A stretch of 64,000 nt of DNA from Selaginella moellendorffii (GCF_000143415.4 NW_003314262.1:1415960-1479959), one strand, 5' to 3'. Shown: positions 27,180-40,700, numbered from the stretch's first letter. Numbers and translations are program-made. The notes: generated from the sequence alone by a model not told the origin.

Positions 27180-27914
27180 TGTAAGCTCCTGAATTTGGAC
27201 TTCCCGGGAGGTCACCCAGCTCAGTAGTATTCAAACCCAAGGACGCTTAACCCCAAGTATCCCAAAACCCTTAACTAATTGGAAAATGGGGTGCACTCTT
27301 GTTTGCAGTGTTTGAACCCCTATGGATCTTGAATTTGGACTTTCCGGGAGGTCACCCAGCCTAATATTATTCAAACCCAAGGACACTTAACCCCAAGTAT
27401 CCCAAGACCCTTAACCGATTGGAAAAGAAGATGCACTCTTGTTCATGGGCCCTGTCTTTTTATATTTGAACCTCTATGGATCGTCTCTCGAGTTGTTCTC
27501 TTTGGTTACTTACAATCCACCATGCTTCCCTGCAAGTTCACGTCCTCGTGAACGGAAGCTGAGAGCTGCAGCTCTTCCGAGATCCCTGCTCTCTTGACAC
27601 CCTACCCCTCGGGTCGAGCCCTGCGGGAGCAAACTGGACCAGCCAAATATCAATTAACATGTAGTGTGATTCCTCTAGCCAACCAACAGAGTCGGACCCG
27701 AGACCTCTCTGATACCATATGTAAGCTCCTGAGTTTGGACTTCCCGAGAGGTCACCCAGCCCAGTACTATTCAAACCCAAGGACATTTAACCCCAAGTAT
27801 CCCAAGACCTTTAACCAATTGGAAAAGGGGGTGCACTCTTGTTCATGGGCCCTGTCCCTTTATATTTGAACCCCTATGTATCGTCTCTTGAGTCGTTATC
27901 TTTGGTTGCTTACA
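27180..27914 (-). mobile_element. Cassandra TRIM (5S rRNA-derived LTR core), with a partially duplicated LTR
   Basis: TSD TAAAG at 27175-27179 and 27915-27919. LTR 27720-27914; tRNA-iMet PBS TGGTATCAGAG at 27707-27717. Minus strand reads GTTAAGCGTCCTTGGG..TACTACTGAGCTGGGTGACCTCCCGGGAAGTCC, matching the plant 5S rRNA box A-IE-box C region. Confidence 0.9.
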
Positions 27915-29062
27915 TAAAGTGCATTACATCTTGCTATTGATGAATTTATAAAGGATTATTTTAATGATCACTTGTTAAACATAGCTTTGTTTTGCTTGGC
28001 TTGATGTGCTCTTTATTAGCTTTGGTATTATGAAGTTTGGATTTTAGATGTGTTGAGGAGGATATTATAGGTTGCACCATGACTTATTTTTTAGCATTGA
28101 AGTTAGTTTATGCAAGACTCATGATCATTATTATACGAGACTTGGCTATAAACTTCTTCAATCTTTTGGTTTTTAATTTTTATGCTTAGTTGTTGGGGAA
28201 GATATTTTGGCTCATTAGCTTCAATATTAAAGTTGGCATCTACATCTGATAGTGATGATTGATTTTCATTTAGGATATTGATTGTTCTTGTCAAAGGTTT
28301 TGCTTGATTATTATTAATATTGAATGATTTACTATTCTTTGAGATCATGGATTCTTTCTTTGACAATTCAGCCCAAGGAGCGAAGGGACAAGAGTACATA
28401 GTAATATTGGAATAGTCTTAGAGCTTCTAGCATCCTAGTGTCGATTGTAGAGGGTTCTAAATATATAGTAGGGATAGTGAGTAGGTTAGGCATGATTGAC
28501 CAACTTAATGCATAGTTTAGTTTTCACTTGCATGCTTGTCTTTGTTTTATATCTGGCTTGGGTCTAAACTTAAGTTCTATACCATGTTAACTGATGAAGT
28601 ATCCATATCCTCACGTTAAGTCACTGAAAATAGCACCAAACTTAATTTAGCTCTGTTTTGCATATTAGTTTTGGCATTGGGATGCTAGATGCTTTTGGAT
28701 TGTTTTTATATTGCTCCATTATCTCTTTTGTACACTCAAAGAATTTGCTCAAACTCAAAAACATGAATATAAAATAGTTTATTTTATACTTTATGAGTTT
28801 AGAAAAGGATAAACTAAGTAATTTCCCTCAGTGAGCAAGCTGAATAGATTATTCTCAAAGAGATGAGATTTAAAACTTTGTCATAACAAAATATAAGATC
28901 TTGATGCCAAATAAGTAAAAAAAAAACTATTATAAAGCTCATGCATCCCATTGCCATGGAAGTGACTTTTATTATTCTCTTGAGAAAATTTGCTTCAAAA
29001 GAGACTTTATAGGCATATATGGTTTTGCTAAGAAGAAGCTAATAGTTGGAACTGGGAAATCG

Positions 29063-29390
29063 TGTAACATATGTGATCATGGGATGAGATTTAGATAATT
29101 TAATCACTATGAATCCTTGGAATCTTGGAATTTTGTCATTGTGGATCTTTAAAATTTTGGGGGATAAATAAGGATAAAATAACTACTAAGGACTCTGTCA
29201 TCAAGCAATTGCCTTTTTTCCAATTAGCTTAAAAATAGAGAGATAAAGTGCACTACATGTAGTATCTGAGCAAATGACATAGGTTATAACATCCATAAAT
29301 GAAGGCATCCACTGTGAGACTATGGTACGGGTGGATGACTAACTGGTTACATAGAATAGTTGGTCTACACAATGGAAAGATTGGCTATAA
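29063..29390 (+). mobile_element. Relic of a short-LTR TRIM (LTR 29063-29257, PBS, part of the internal domain)
   Basis: LTR homologous to the 162-bp LTRs of 51241-58636. Downstream sequence matches the reverse complement of ~51500-51750. Confidence 0.7.
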
Positions 29391-29702
29391 ACTTCTTTAA
29401 GCTTTTGGTTTTTTGAAATTTATGTTTATTGTTCCATCTATTAGAAATTGTTAAAAAAAGCATTTTAGCTCATTAGTTTTGATATTTAAGTTGGCTGTCA
29501 TCTAGGATAGTTAATTAACCTTGTTAAGGCTTTTTTTGATTATTGTTGATATAAAATGATTTGTCATTCTTTAGAGTGATGGATTATTTCTTTGATAATG
29601 ATTATGTATCTCTCTATTGATAGGATGATTAATGTTCTTTCATGATGGTTAGTTATTTTCTTTGATGGCTTTTGGCTTTTCACATTACAACATATTCTTT
29701 GT

Positions 29703-30820
29703 TGTCGTGAATGTGACTTTGGGTATCAAAAGTTAGCTGTCAGCTAGTCATTTCAAATATTCTTTCCTTAATGTCATGATGGCAGGAGGTTGGTATTGTT
29801 GGACCCGTTATTAGTTCCCACTGTAGTTGAAAAACTGGTCAATGACCATGCACTTAAATTGGATGAACATAAGGTAGGAACCCTATGTGTTTCTTGCTGA
29901 GCATACTCGGCCTGGTTTGAGAAACTTGTGTCATCGGCTTGCACTTGCTAGTATCAAGAACCCCCGTGATATTGACCTTAGTCCCTCAATATTCGCTAAA
30001 TGATAGTTTACCGTGTCTGACAAACATCTTTACTATTAGTACCATTCAGTCCTAATTGCTATTTATGGAAAGTACCTAGATTTGTTCATTTGGCATATCT
30101 ACGGAATATAGAGATTGTCTTGATGGTGTTTGCTCCATGTCCAAATTCGCAATCTAGGGATATTCTATATTTAGTAAGTTTTGAGTTAGTCCCAGAGATT
30201 AACTCTTAGTACTAAAGATGGCTTGGGGTGAAAGCTCAATGCGTAGTAGCGTATTAGGGGGTGGGGGGGGGGGGGAGGATATGAATGTATAGTAGGGATA
30301 GTGGGTAAGTTGGGCATGGTTGACCAACTTGAGGCATAGTCTAACTCTTGTTTGCATGCTTGTCCTTGTTTTACATTCAACTTGGGTTTAAGCCCAAGCT
30401 CCACACCATATTAGCTGGTGGAGTACCCATATCCTTGTGTTAGGCCATCGGTATGCTAAAATAGTGCTAGACTCCATTTGGCTTTGTTTTGCATACTAGT
30501 CCTAGCATTAGGATGCTGGATGCTTTAGAACTATTCCAAGTTGTTCCATACTCCTATCCCTTTGCTCCTTGGGCTATATGTTCAGGAGTTACTCCATGTT
30601 CCTGTCCCTTTGCTCCTTGGCTCCATGCTTGGGAGTTTGGCACCGTTCCTTTATTCAGTGGCCCAAGGCCTTGAAACTCAAGTTCTACACCACTATCCTT
30701 TGGGCACATGGTATAAGCGTTGGCATATAACACATGGCACATGGAGGGTTTATGTTCCACTCTGTGGTTATCCTATGGTAAATCACTAAAGGATAAAGGG
30801 TAAAAACCACATACGCTATA
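29703..30820. mobile_element. ~1-kb-family LTR, inverted relative to 13660-14727
   Basis: Colinear reverse-complement homology; ends CCACATACGCTATA. Confidence 0.7.
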
Positions 30821-31074
30821 TTTGTGGTTTGTTCTGGTTTGAGGGTGTTGTTAATGCTTGCTTAAGAAACTTGTATTGTTAATTAAGATCTATTTAGATT
30901 AGCTAGTGCGATAGTTAGCATGAACGAGTGTTTGTTGGTCTTGTAGCATTCTTTCTATGTTATTGATTGTTGTTATAGTTGGTTTTAGTTTGAGTTATCT
31001 TATGTAAATTATTTGGCATACTATTTACAATCTTTGGTAGTTAATCTTTATTATTAAGTTTTCTTGATGATATC

Positions 31075-34000
31075 TACAAGCAACTAAATTTTCCATTATA
31101 CTTTAGTCACTTAACCACACCTCCGACCACTTGGAGGAGTCTCACACACAACCTCCATAATTCTTATTTTGGATTTGGGGCTGGCTAGCCCCGAGAATGG
31201 CATCCTTGCCACTCAACCTTTGCACTTGGTCCAAGTGCTTCACGTGTTTGATTCCATGATCAACACCTAAAGGTACCATCGACATATCAACTTATTACAC
31301 TAAGGCTATGCCCATTCACCTTTGCCACACTAGTGGTCCAACACCACTTGCATCACAGTCCCGTTTCATAAAAACTAGGCCATTCATCCATGAGTGGTTA
31401 TCCTAGATCCACTCTTTAGCATCCTTAGAATGCCCACAGATATGGGGAATAGCCTTCCCTAATATCCCTTTTTCAAGCCCTACCAAGTCCCTTCCTATCC
31501 ATGGCCGAGTTCACCGACACTGCCACTGGGTCAAGGCCCACAGGCCTGACCACCAAGTCTTACTATCCTTTGGGTCTTCCACACCATGTGACCGTAACTT
31601 TGGTCATTACACCAAAGGACTACCCCTATTCCTTTCCACAATATGGGACCTTTGGGATAACATTTTGGAACACCGTGGCCCTACGTAACCCTCATGGGTA
31701 CTCTTATCACTTTCCACCTTTGGGTGCTCTAGCCATAGGCTTAGAGTGAGGTTCTGTTGAGCCACACTAAGTATCCAAGTAGGTAGTGCCACCCACATTT
31801 GGATCGGGAGCATTGACCATTTGATCTCCCGAGGGAACTATACCTGGCTTTTGAACACTTCACCAAACTACCCTGCTTGTCAGTCTGTATTCACTTTAGC
31901 CTTGGACTTCTTAATGGTTTCTCATCATTCAACACTTGGGTATAGCCTTCTTGGACCAAACTGGCTCCACTGGGGTCCAACCCCCACACTTTCCCTACTA
32001 TACTTTTGGAACCCCCTGTAGCGCCCCCCCCCCCCCCACCTCTCCCAAGGGACGATCGCTTTGGGCTTTCACCCAACAGCTTGTATTAGTATTCGGACTC
32101 AGACTTGGACTCGAACTTTGATTCGGACTCAGTCTCGGTCTCAGTTTTGGAATCGGACTTGATCTCGGTCTTAGTCTCGCTCTTGATCTCGGTTCTATCT
32201 TGGACTCCATCTCAGACTCCATCTCGGGTCCATTTCAAACTTCATCTTGGACTCCATCTCGGGTCCATCTCGGACTCCATCTTGAGTCTATCTCAGACTC
32301 CATCTCAGGTCCATCTCAGACTCCATCTCAATTCCATCTCGGACTCCATCTCGGACTCCATCTCGGGACCATCTCAGGTCCATCTTGGGTCCATCTTGGG
32401 TCCATCTCGGACTCCATCTGGGGTCTATCTCATACTCCATCTTGGACTCCATCTTGGGTCTATCTCAGATCTACATCTCAGACTTCATCTTGGGTCCATC
32501 TCGGACTCCATCTTAAACTCCTTCCACGTGTCATATGTTGGTCCTTTTATATCCCTTTTTTAGAGACTCACTTATTGCTCGTTTTGTGCTCATTCCTCGA
32601 GCACTTCGTAGCAACATAGGATCACTACTTCTATTTTTGAGGTATCCTTTTGGTTCTATGGAAAAGGCTCTATTTTGCCAAGTCTAGAGGGTGTTCACCC
32701 CTAGTAGGTTTCTTTAGCATTTTTTACTACAGGCCCCATTGACAGCCCAACTTTGTGACCCTCCTATGGGTCTTTTCTATAAATTACTTATTTGGACTTA
32801 CTATACCATCGTATCGGCACAACTAATTTCCCTTTAAGTGTCCTTCCCACTTGGTCACCTTGACCAAACCATACCATTATCAATAGTTCAAATCAACACT
32901 TTGAACTAGGAACTTTATTCCTTAACCTCACAAGGACCTCACACTTGTTTAACCGTAAGATCATCTAGTGATCTAACTTTTGTCACCTTAACAGGTTTGT
33001 TAATAAGTACTAGGTTTTTGAAACCTTTAACTTGTTAACGATGACTCCGGGGCCATCCCTCACACTTGGCGATGCACCCAAGCTAGCCCTTCCGGCCAAG
33101 GGTCCATAGCAACTGAGATTGAGTGTCCCCATCTCCTTCACCACATCCTTGGTGCCACTTGCACCAAAGTGTTCAAGTTAGATATGACAAGCCACACTTA
33201 GCAATCTAATAGTGCTTCACAACTCCAAAGCATCCCCTACTTGGCAATGTGTCCAAACCAATCTCCTTACTAAGAGTCCATGACCACTAAAAATGAGTGT
33301 CCTCATATTCCAAACCATCACCCTGCCCTAGTGAGTTGGGACTTGAACCCATGCACGAGAGGGTTGGGACTCAAACCCAACCTTTGTATATGCATCTACG
33401 AATGGCATCACACAGGATGCTTCGTGTGACTCCCTACGTCGGTGCACTAACTTATACTTAAAGCATGCTATAGATCACAGCTTAAGAACTTAGTTCCTCC
33501 ACACTACCAAGTCTTCTTACTTGACAAATCTGTGATCATGCATAGATTCCTCCATGCTTGGCTCCATAGGCCACCTTTTTTGAAATTAGCACCTTCAACT
33601 AAAGGATTTATTCCCTTGACTTGCTAATCTCACTTAGCAAGTCATCCGACCAATGTAACATGGTTTCATGCATAAGTGTGAAAGTCCTTGACCATTAACT
33701 TTTACTCAAAGCTATCCCTTTGAACATTTGGGAACTACTTCCCTAACCTTGATAGCCTTGCCTTATGGTAAGTTTCAAAACCACATTTCTTCTATGCCAC
33801 ACTGATTTCACGTGTTTTATGAACTATTTAGATTTGGCTTTCTAGGTACTAAGTTACCTAGAATTATCTTTGGGAACCTTGAAGGAATTTTATCTCTTAG
33901 CTTGCTAAGGCCTCTCCTTTCGCAAGCTTTTTAATTGCTATAAGGTTTAACATGGATAATTCCATGCTTTAGACTCTCCATAGCATCACAGTTGTTAGTA

Positions 34001-36775
34001 ATAATATGCTCAAGCACCCATTTAATTCTCCACTCTCAACGTGCATAATCACCCTTGGTTATGCCTTTCGGTTCCTATGATTCGATTTTATTCCCTTACT
34101 ACTTGTTTTTGGCCTTACACATTTCGTTTGGTTATTCTCTTCTAGATTAAAAGGATAGTTTTGCACTTTTTACCATACCTTAACAAGTTTTCTTAGGGAT
34201 GAACCTACTTGATAACCTGGAGAGTGGTTCCTCAATTTGGGTACGCTCACCTTGTAAGCCCACACACCATGATTAACATTGCTACTTATGGGCCTTTATA
34301 TGCCCATCATTAGCCTTGCCAAAATCCCTTTTTGGCCTTGTCCAATTTGGATAAATAGACTTTTCTCGTCTCCGCAACCTTGGACGTTAAATAGCACTTC
34401 CTATCCATCATTCACTAAGGACTTAGTCCCTTGGGCATTATCTAATACCCTCATGATACCAAACACCACTTCTTGGTGTTTTAAAGTGTTTGGGTGTCCC
34501 AATGATGCCCTTTTTTGACAATAAGCATTCCTTTCACGACATTGATTTATTATATTGCAACATAAGTAATTTATCCCCCACAAGGGTATCTCTAATTTCT
34601 TTATCCCAATAAAAAGTCTTAAATAGTAACCTTTTACCAATTCAATCAATTATTTTGCACCTTTTGTTTGGTTGTCTCATAAGTTTCAAGTCCTACAACT
34701 CATTGTTAGTGTTTTCACATCTTTATCATTATTTGGGTCACCACACTCTAACTGCATACCTTCCAGCTTAGGCTATGCCATTCTCATTTCTATTAGGAGT
34801 CATTTGGGAAGAGGTTTTTATGGACCTATCAACTTGACCTCAAGGCATCACGCCTTGGCATATTTAATGTCTCCATACCATCGGCTCCACAAGCCTACCT
34901 TTATGACACTTCTTACTTGTGTGAAGGTCTTTGTTAAGATCAATACAATTATTTCACATGCCAACTATTTATTAGCACTACACTATAGTGTTTACACATA
35001 GCTTTGTATTTAAGTTGTTTTCTTCTGGGAACACCTTTCCCACGACTTTAGTATGGTACATTCTGCTATTAATGAGATACCCATTGTTTTCATACTTGAA
35101 TTTTATGATTCTCCCCATCTTTTGTGGGGCACAACACATCTTAGTCCAAATGCTTTTACTAATCTTTTAGGACCATTCTTTGACTCTACTTGAGTCATCC
35201 AGCATCTTTAGACTTTGCTAATCCAATGATCTGTAAGGTTCTATTTTTGAGGTGCCAGCTTGCTAAAATACAAATTCTTGTATTCATGTTCTACTCATAA
35301 AGACTATCTTTGCAAGTGTTATTCCAACACTTGATTATTTTCCATTCCCTATGGGCTACCTTTACCCCTTAGGACTATCTATTCTTATGATGAGAATATC
35401 GACTCATCCTCTAAGTACACCCCAACTCTTTGGGTTTGTTCCAGCATTTATAAAAGGTAGCCCCAGCTACTATTTCAAGGATTTATGTCCTTATCCGTAT
35501 TTGACCTTTCACAATCATTAATTCTAGTCTCAAATTCATAAGCACTAGCTTCAACTATATAAGGATAATTTTGTGACTCCTTTATAGTTTTAGAGTCTTT
35601 ATCATTTCCGTGATCCCAACTATAATTGTTTACCACAATTATATTAGCTAGTTTTCTTAGTCAAATGCTCATCTAAATCATATCCTCAACTTTCTAAGGA
35701 AAACCTTATATTATTCCCAAGATCCCAAAATCATTCCATTATTAGCTGTTTTCTATTCACCACCTTGTCTACAAGTTCACACATGAATTTTAGTGGAGGG
35801 CTATATCTTCCCGACCTGCTATTCCTCAAGGATAGGCCCACTCCTAGGACCTTCCAATGCAAACATTAGTAGTGATATACTTGAGCACCAATAAATAGCA
35901 GACTAAGAAACAACTTTGATACTAAATTGTAAGCAACTAAATTTTCCATTCTACTTTAGTCACTTAACCACACTTGGAGGAGTTTCACTTACAACCTTCA
36001 TAAATCCTATTCCGGACTTGGGGTTAGCTAGCCCCGAGAATGGCATCCCTACCACTCAACCTTTGCACTTAGTCCAAGTGCTCCACGTGTCCAATCCCAT
36101 AATCGACACCTAAAGTTACCACAGACATATCAACCCGTTATGCTAAAGCCATACCCATTCACCTTTGCCACACTAGTGGTTCAACACCACTTGCATCACA
36201 GTTCCGTCTTTCAAAGACTGGGCCATCCATCCATGAGTGGTCATCCCTGATCCACTTTTTAGCATCCTTAAGATGCCCATAGACATGGGGAATAACTTTC
36301 CTTGATATCCTTTTTTTAGTCCCTACCAAGTCCCTTTTTGTCTATGGCCAAGTTCGCCGATACTGCCACTGGGTCAAGGCCTATAGGACCGACCACCAAG
36401 TCCCACTGTCCCTTAGGACTTCCACACCATGTGACTGTAACCTTGGTCATTATACTAGCGGACTGCCCCTCTTCCTTTCCATAGTATGGGACCTTTGGGA
36501 CAACATTTCGGAATACCGTGGCCTTACGAGAGCCTCATGGGTACTTTCCCCACCTTCCACCTTTGGGTGCTCTAGCCATGGGCTTAGAGTGAGGTTCTAT
36601 TGAGCCACACCAAGTATCCAAGTAGGTAGTGCCACCCACGTTTGGATTAAGAGCATTGACCATTCAATCTTCCGAGGGAATTATACCTGGCTTTTGAACA
36701 CTTCACCAAGCTACCCTGCTTTGCCAGTCCATATTCACTTCAGCCTTGGACTTCCCAATGGTTTCTCATCACCCA
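31075..36775 (-). mobile_element. Decayed two-LTR element of the satellite-bearing LTR family (LTRs ~31075-32605 and ~35928-36775, both truncated)
   Basis: Both LTR copies align with 23591-25401. A PBS remnant (TTTGATACTAA) precedes 35928. Internal region has no intact ORF. Confidence 0.65.
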
Positions 36776-37487
36776 CTCCCTTAGTATCAGGAGTTAATAA
36801 GCTCTATTTCGTTAAAGTGGGATTTATTCAGTAAAATGGGACTAGGTACAAATTTTCAAGTATTTGAAAATGACGTGAAATTATATGTTTTTTGTCCAGG
36901 GGCTAGACATATCTGGGGCATGGTGACTAGCGTGGTGACTTTGTGTCCAGACTGAGTCCATCTGGTTGTATAATAAATCTCATTGTCAAGGTGAACAAGC
37001 CGAATCTGAAGCTAAAGAAGAGCGATGGCATGCGCGCACACACTATTTGTTTGTTCATTGAGCGTGTGGTGAGCTTTCCAAGATGAACGTCATTCCTATT
37101 AGCCAGACATATAACTTAATGGTGAGAACATTTAGATATTATTCAATGTTATTTTTTTCTAACGAATCTAATTGTGAAGGTGTAGCAAGAGGCATTGCTA
37201 GTCTGGAGAAGTCATTTAACTCATTTGACCCTTAGTGTATTTTCATGAAACTAAATAACATTCATATTATTAAGGAATTTCTCTAGTACCTTTTTTTTAC
37301 GACATAGAGTCTTGCATTTCTTTCAAAGGTGATTTAGTAAAAGGCCTGAGAGCACATGCCATTCTATTTCTCAGACCGGTATTAAGATATACTAGTGCAA
37401 AGGGCCACATGCCATCACGCCTCCTCTGATTCAGATTCGGATTGTTCACCTTGAAATAAAATACATTAGAAACTTAGTAAAGGAATA

Positions 37488-40400
37488 TTAATGAATCTCA
37501 CCTTGAACCCGGGTTATGAATGCTCTTGCTGCATCTCTTGCATGGTCTGGCAAGGTGATGGTGGCACTCTGCTTCCGCATCCAACCATGCACAACATTAT
37601 CCACCGATATGCTCATGCTGGGATCCCTTGGATTCAGCACCCATCTCTTTTCTAGGCAATCCTTCGTATATCCGGAACTTGGCTTGAACCACTCCATAGT
37701 TACATTGAAGGAATTAGTTTCCGCGTCCTCCTCTGCATCAGTGATGCAGCGCCCCACCCATATCATTTGTTTTTTATTACTGGGTTTGACAAGCACGACC
37801 ATTCCTTTGCAGACCTGTACTGGATTGAATGCTGAATCCGGCTTCTTGTTCCTCGGCCCACAATAGTGATCCTCAACATCGTTATCTGTCACTGCATTTC
37901 CAGAGGACATTGTTCCGCTACTATCTAGTGCTCTGGGTTCTGGCCAAAAGGACTCTTCCAATTCTTCATATACAACCGGCCCATTTTGGATAGTAGATAT
38001 AATCTTCTCCCAGTATTCGAGCAAAGGCTTGCACCTCTTAAAATAGGATTCTCCACCAAACACTAACCCCCTCTTCCAGAAGGCAATATGCTGTCTAATC
38101 CCGGCCACTATACTTTCCTGGTCTTTGAGTCCATCCGGGTGCATCGGCCGTGGGGAACCCTGAGGAATCATAGGTTCCCCAGTTATGGGATCTCTCTTGA
38201 AGAGTTCAATGCCATCCACTGGCAGCCACACTGTGTCCCATTCTCTCATCTTGTACCTCATCACTGGAGCACCGTCACGCATGCTGAAATGAAACTGAAG
38301 AGGCTTGGAGTGGCCAATCAGCGTTTCGGATCCGTCCCTGATGTAGCCTCTTACAAACCCCTTAAAGTCTGGAACCTCTGTCACAAGTGCAGCTTCAACA
38401 GTGCCTTTGATGCAATTTTGGAATTCATCGTAGAGTTGTGGGAGGGTGAGGACATTGGATCGCCGGAGGGACTCTGCCAGGTGACTGAACATGGCATCGA
38501 CGTCTTCATGAGTGTGCCCAACCATGAGAAAGCCAAGTGTAACCGTTTCAAATATGCCTTTGGCAACAAGCATCGCCAAGTACGCGAAGACGTACATGTT
38601 TTTGTTCTCACTGCCAGCATTGTCTGTTTGGAGCAGAAGATGGGGTGGAAGGCCACATCGGCCGCAAGAACTTCCTTGAGATTCTGCTTCGTTTGGATGA
38701 GGCTGTGCATTCACCGGGCGACCAGCCTCGTCGGAATGGCATGAGGCCTCACGTGATAACCCTACAATCTGATGGCCAACATATTCACTGGGATGGCATG
38801 GGGCCCCACGCGATACTGCAAGCCTTTGCTCCTCCTCCAGCTGAACCCTGTATGGGGTTCGATCGACAAGGGCCTTATGCAAGGGTTGGCCGTTCAGCTC
38901 AGTCTGCGCACTTTGCAGAGAACTTAAGTGTTTTGCTAGGGACGCAATCATCATGTTTGCACCCCTGCCACCCCATAGAGGTACAAAGAAGTTCCCATAG
39001 TTCTGGGCACCATGCCCATGAGCGATTATGCCAAACAGAGACACAGGCAGCTGCATGGATGAAGAGATTGCCTTGGGAGCAGGATTGAGTCGAGGTAAGC
39101 ACGTCTTTTTCTGGTCCATTTTGTCGTGGATGATGCAGAGGTAAGAGTCAGGTCTCTCCATGGAGAGAATCCTGTTATGATAATATGCAGTCCTGCAGCT
39201 TCTCTGCTCGATGTTGTGGTCGAGCCGCCTTCTAACCAACGTCTCTCGCTCTTGAGCGCTGCAAGAATTCTTCGACAAAGCCATTTTGATAGCAGTGCAC
39301 TCGTCACACTTTGAAAAGCTGGAGTACTTTCCTATACTCACATCCCTGAACCTGTTGCTCCACAATCTACTAAATCTAGATTGGCTCAGCTTCCTGTAGC
39401 CATTACTCTGGAGTTCCCGATTCACATCTTCCAATATGGCCCCCTTGGTATACATGGAAGGGAGAACTCGTTGGGTGTCTCGTGTTCCATCTTCCAAGAG
39501 GCGGGTTTTATGTGGTTGCTGCTCGCTACATGTCTCGACAAACCTCTTGAAGATTGCCTCTCCATATACAACATGACCCCTGGTTTTGTGCGTACCGTCG
39601 TTCCCATGGACTGCCTGTTGAACCCTTTGTTCCTCAAACTCAGTTTTGATTCTGTAGAATGTGGTTCGAGGGACTCCATAAATGATTCTCCATGCCTTCA
39701 TGCAGACCAAACCCCTCTGGAAGACCATGCCCCCCACCTGGTGTTCTGAAGCATCAACAGATGACCGTAATGCCTCATACACAAAATTGCGAGCTGCCTT
39801 CCAGGACAATGTCTTGTATCTTGCTCTCTCCTCTTCAATAGCATCCCAATCAGCATGTTGACAGCACCTCCTCTTGCAACAAGCAACTGTCGAGACCATT
39901 CGAACCTCCATCGCCATTTTCTGCCTTTTCGGTTCGTTGCTCAGATCCCTTTGGCTGCGCTGTAGGAAGGTGTACTTTCTTTTCCCATGAAGAGATGTTC
40001 TGTCATCAGTTGTAGTGGTGTTTGATTGTGAATCCTTCACATTCTCAAACACTAAATGCCTCAATTTCCACCGCACAATGCTTCCAATAGTCAGACTGTT
40101 TTCTTCTGTGTCAACAACCTCTAAAATCGCAACTCCAATATCATCCCAGCCCAATTCTTGATTAGCAACCGCATCTCTTGGATCGACAACTGTGGCTAAG
40201 CCCTCAGCTACCACCTCCCCTTCGGGGTTGTTTAGAAACACCTTTGCCTGAATCCATGTAGCACGGTTCTTAAGATCCACGGAGGGAACATGCGTCGCAC
40301 TTGCACTGTCCCCAACATCTACTTTCTTCTGCAGATTTTTCAAGGCAACAACAACATTTACCCCGACGACCATCTCTCCTCGTTCAATAGCGACCACATT

Positions 40401-40556
40401 CCCATCGAAGACAGTCTCTACTGATACAGCAGCATTGCCTTCCCCAAGCCTTTGATAGTGTATAACAAAGTTCCAATCCATAGACACAAGGGTCCCTTTT
40501 GCAACTCTCTTCCCACCATTCAAAATGTAAACCTTTTCCCCAACCCTGAAGGCCAT
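37488..40556 (-). CDS. Sola1-like DDD transposase, 1022 aa, with two N-terminal Tnp1/En/Spm-like repeats
   Basis: Uninterrupted ORF. Cys motifs CCKRRCC and FSKCDEC. Candidate catalytic Asp motifs IIHDKMDQ, LQTDNAGSENKN and FLMVGHTHEDVDAMFS. The 4-bp TSD fits Sola. Confidence 0.85.
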   Translation of the reverse strand: MAFRVGEKVYILNGGKRVAKGTLVSMDWNFVIHYQRLGEGNAAVSVETVFDGNVVAIERGEMVVGVNVVVALKNLQKKVDVGDSASATHVPSVDLKNRATWIQAKVFLNNPEGEVVAEGLATVVDPRDAVANQELGWDDIGVAILEVVDTEENSLTIGSIVRWKLRHLVFENVKDSQSNTTTTDDRTSLHGKRKYTFLQRSQRDLSNEPKRQKMAMEVRMVSTVACCKRRCCQHADWDAIEEERARYKTLSWKAARNFVYEALRSSVDASEHQVGGMVFQRGLVCMKAWRIIYGVPRTTFYRIKTEFEEQRVQQAVHGNDGTHKTRGHVVYGEAIFKRFVETCSEQQPHKTRLLEDGTRDTQRVLPSMYTKGAILEDVNRELQSNGYRKLSQSRFSRLWSNRFRDVSIGKYSSFSKCDECTAIKMALSKNSCSAQERETLVRRRLDHNIEQRSCRTAYYHNRILSMERPDSYLCIIHDKMDQKKTCLPRLNPAPKAISSSMQLPVSLFGIIAHGHGAQNYGNFFVPLWGGRGANMMIASLAKHLSSLQSAQTELNGQPLHKALVDRTPYRVQLEEEQRLAVSRGAPCHPSEYVGHQIVGLSREASCHSDEAGRPVNAQPHPNEAESQGSSCGRCGLPPHLLLQTDNAGSENKNMYVFAYLAMLVAKGIFETVTLGFLMVGHTHEDVDAMFSHLAESLRRSNVLTLPQLYDEFQNCIKGTVEAALVTEVPDFKGFVRGYIRDGSETLIGHSKPLQFHFSMRDGAPVMRYKMREWDTVWLPVDGIELFKRDPITGEPMIPQGSPRPMHPDGLKDQESIVAGIRQHIAFWKRGLVFGGESYFKRCKPLLEYWEKIISTIQNGPVVYEELEESFWPEPRALDSSGTMSSGNAVTDNDVEDHYCGPRNKKPDSAFNPVQVCKGMVVLVKPSNKKQMIWVGRCITDAEEDAETNSFNVTMEWFKPSSGYTKDCLEKRWVLNPRDPSMSISVDNVVHGWMRKQSATITLPDHARDAARAFITRVQGEIH

Positions 40557-40700
40557 TCTGAAAGTGCAGAAAAGAAGTTAAGACCATACAAAAAATGATT
40601 GGAGAATGGCCTAAATCATAACATACCAAATAGCATGAGGCCACATGCCATTATTCAAACATGCTATTGACACCCACGTGAAATTTCGCATTCACAAAAT

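Noticed and set aside
27197-27251. 5S rRNA gene
   Set aside because: Only the ~55-bp internal promoter region matches, and it lies within TRIM LTRs.
33335-33382. tRNA-like GGGACTTGAACCC duplicates
   Set aside because: No cloverleaf; short degenerate motifs inside a decayed retroelement.
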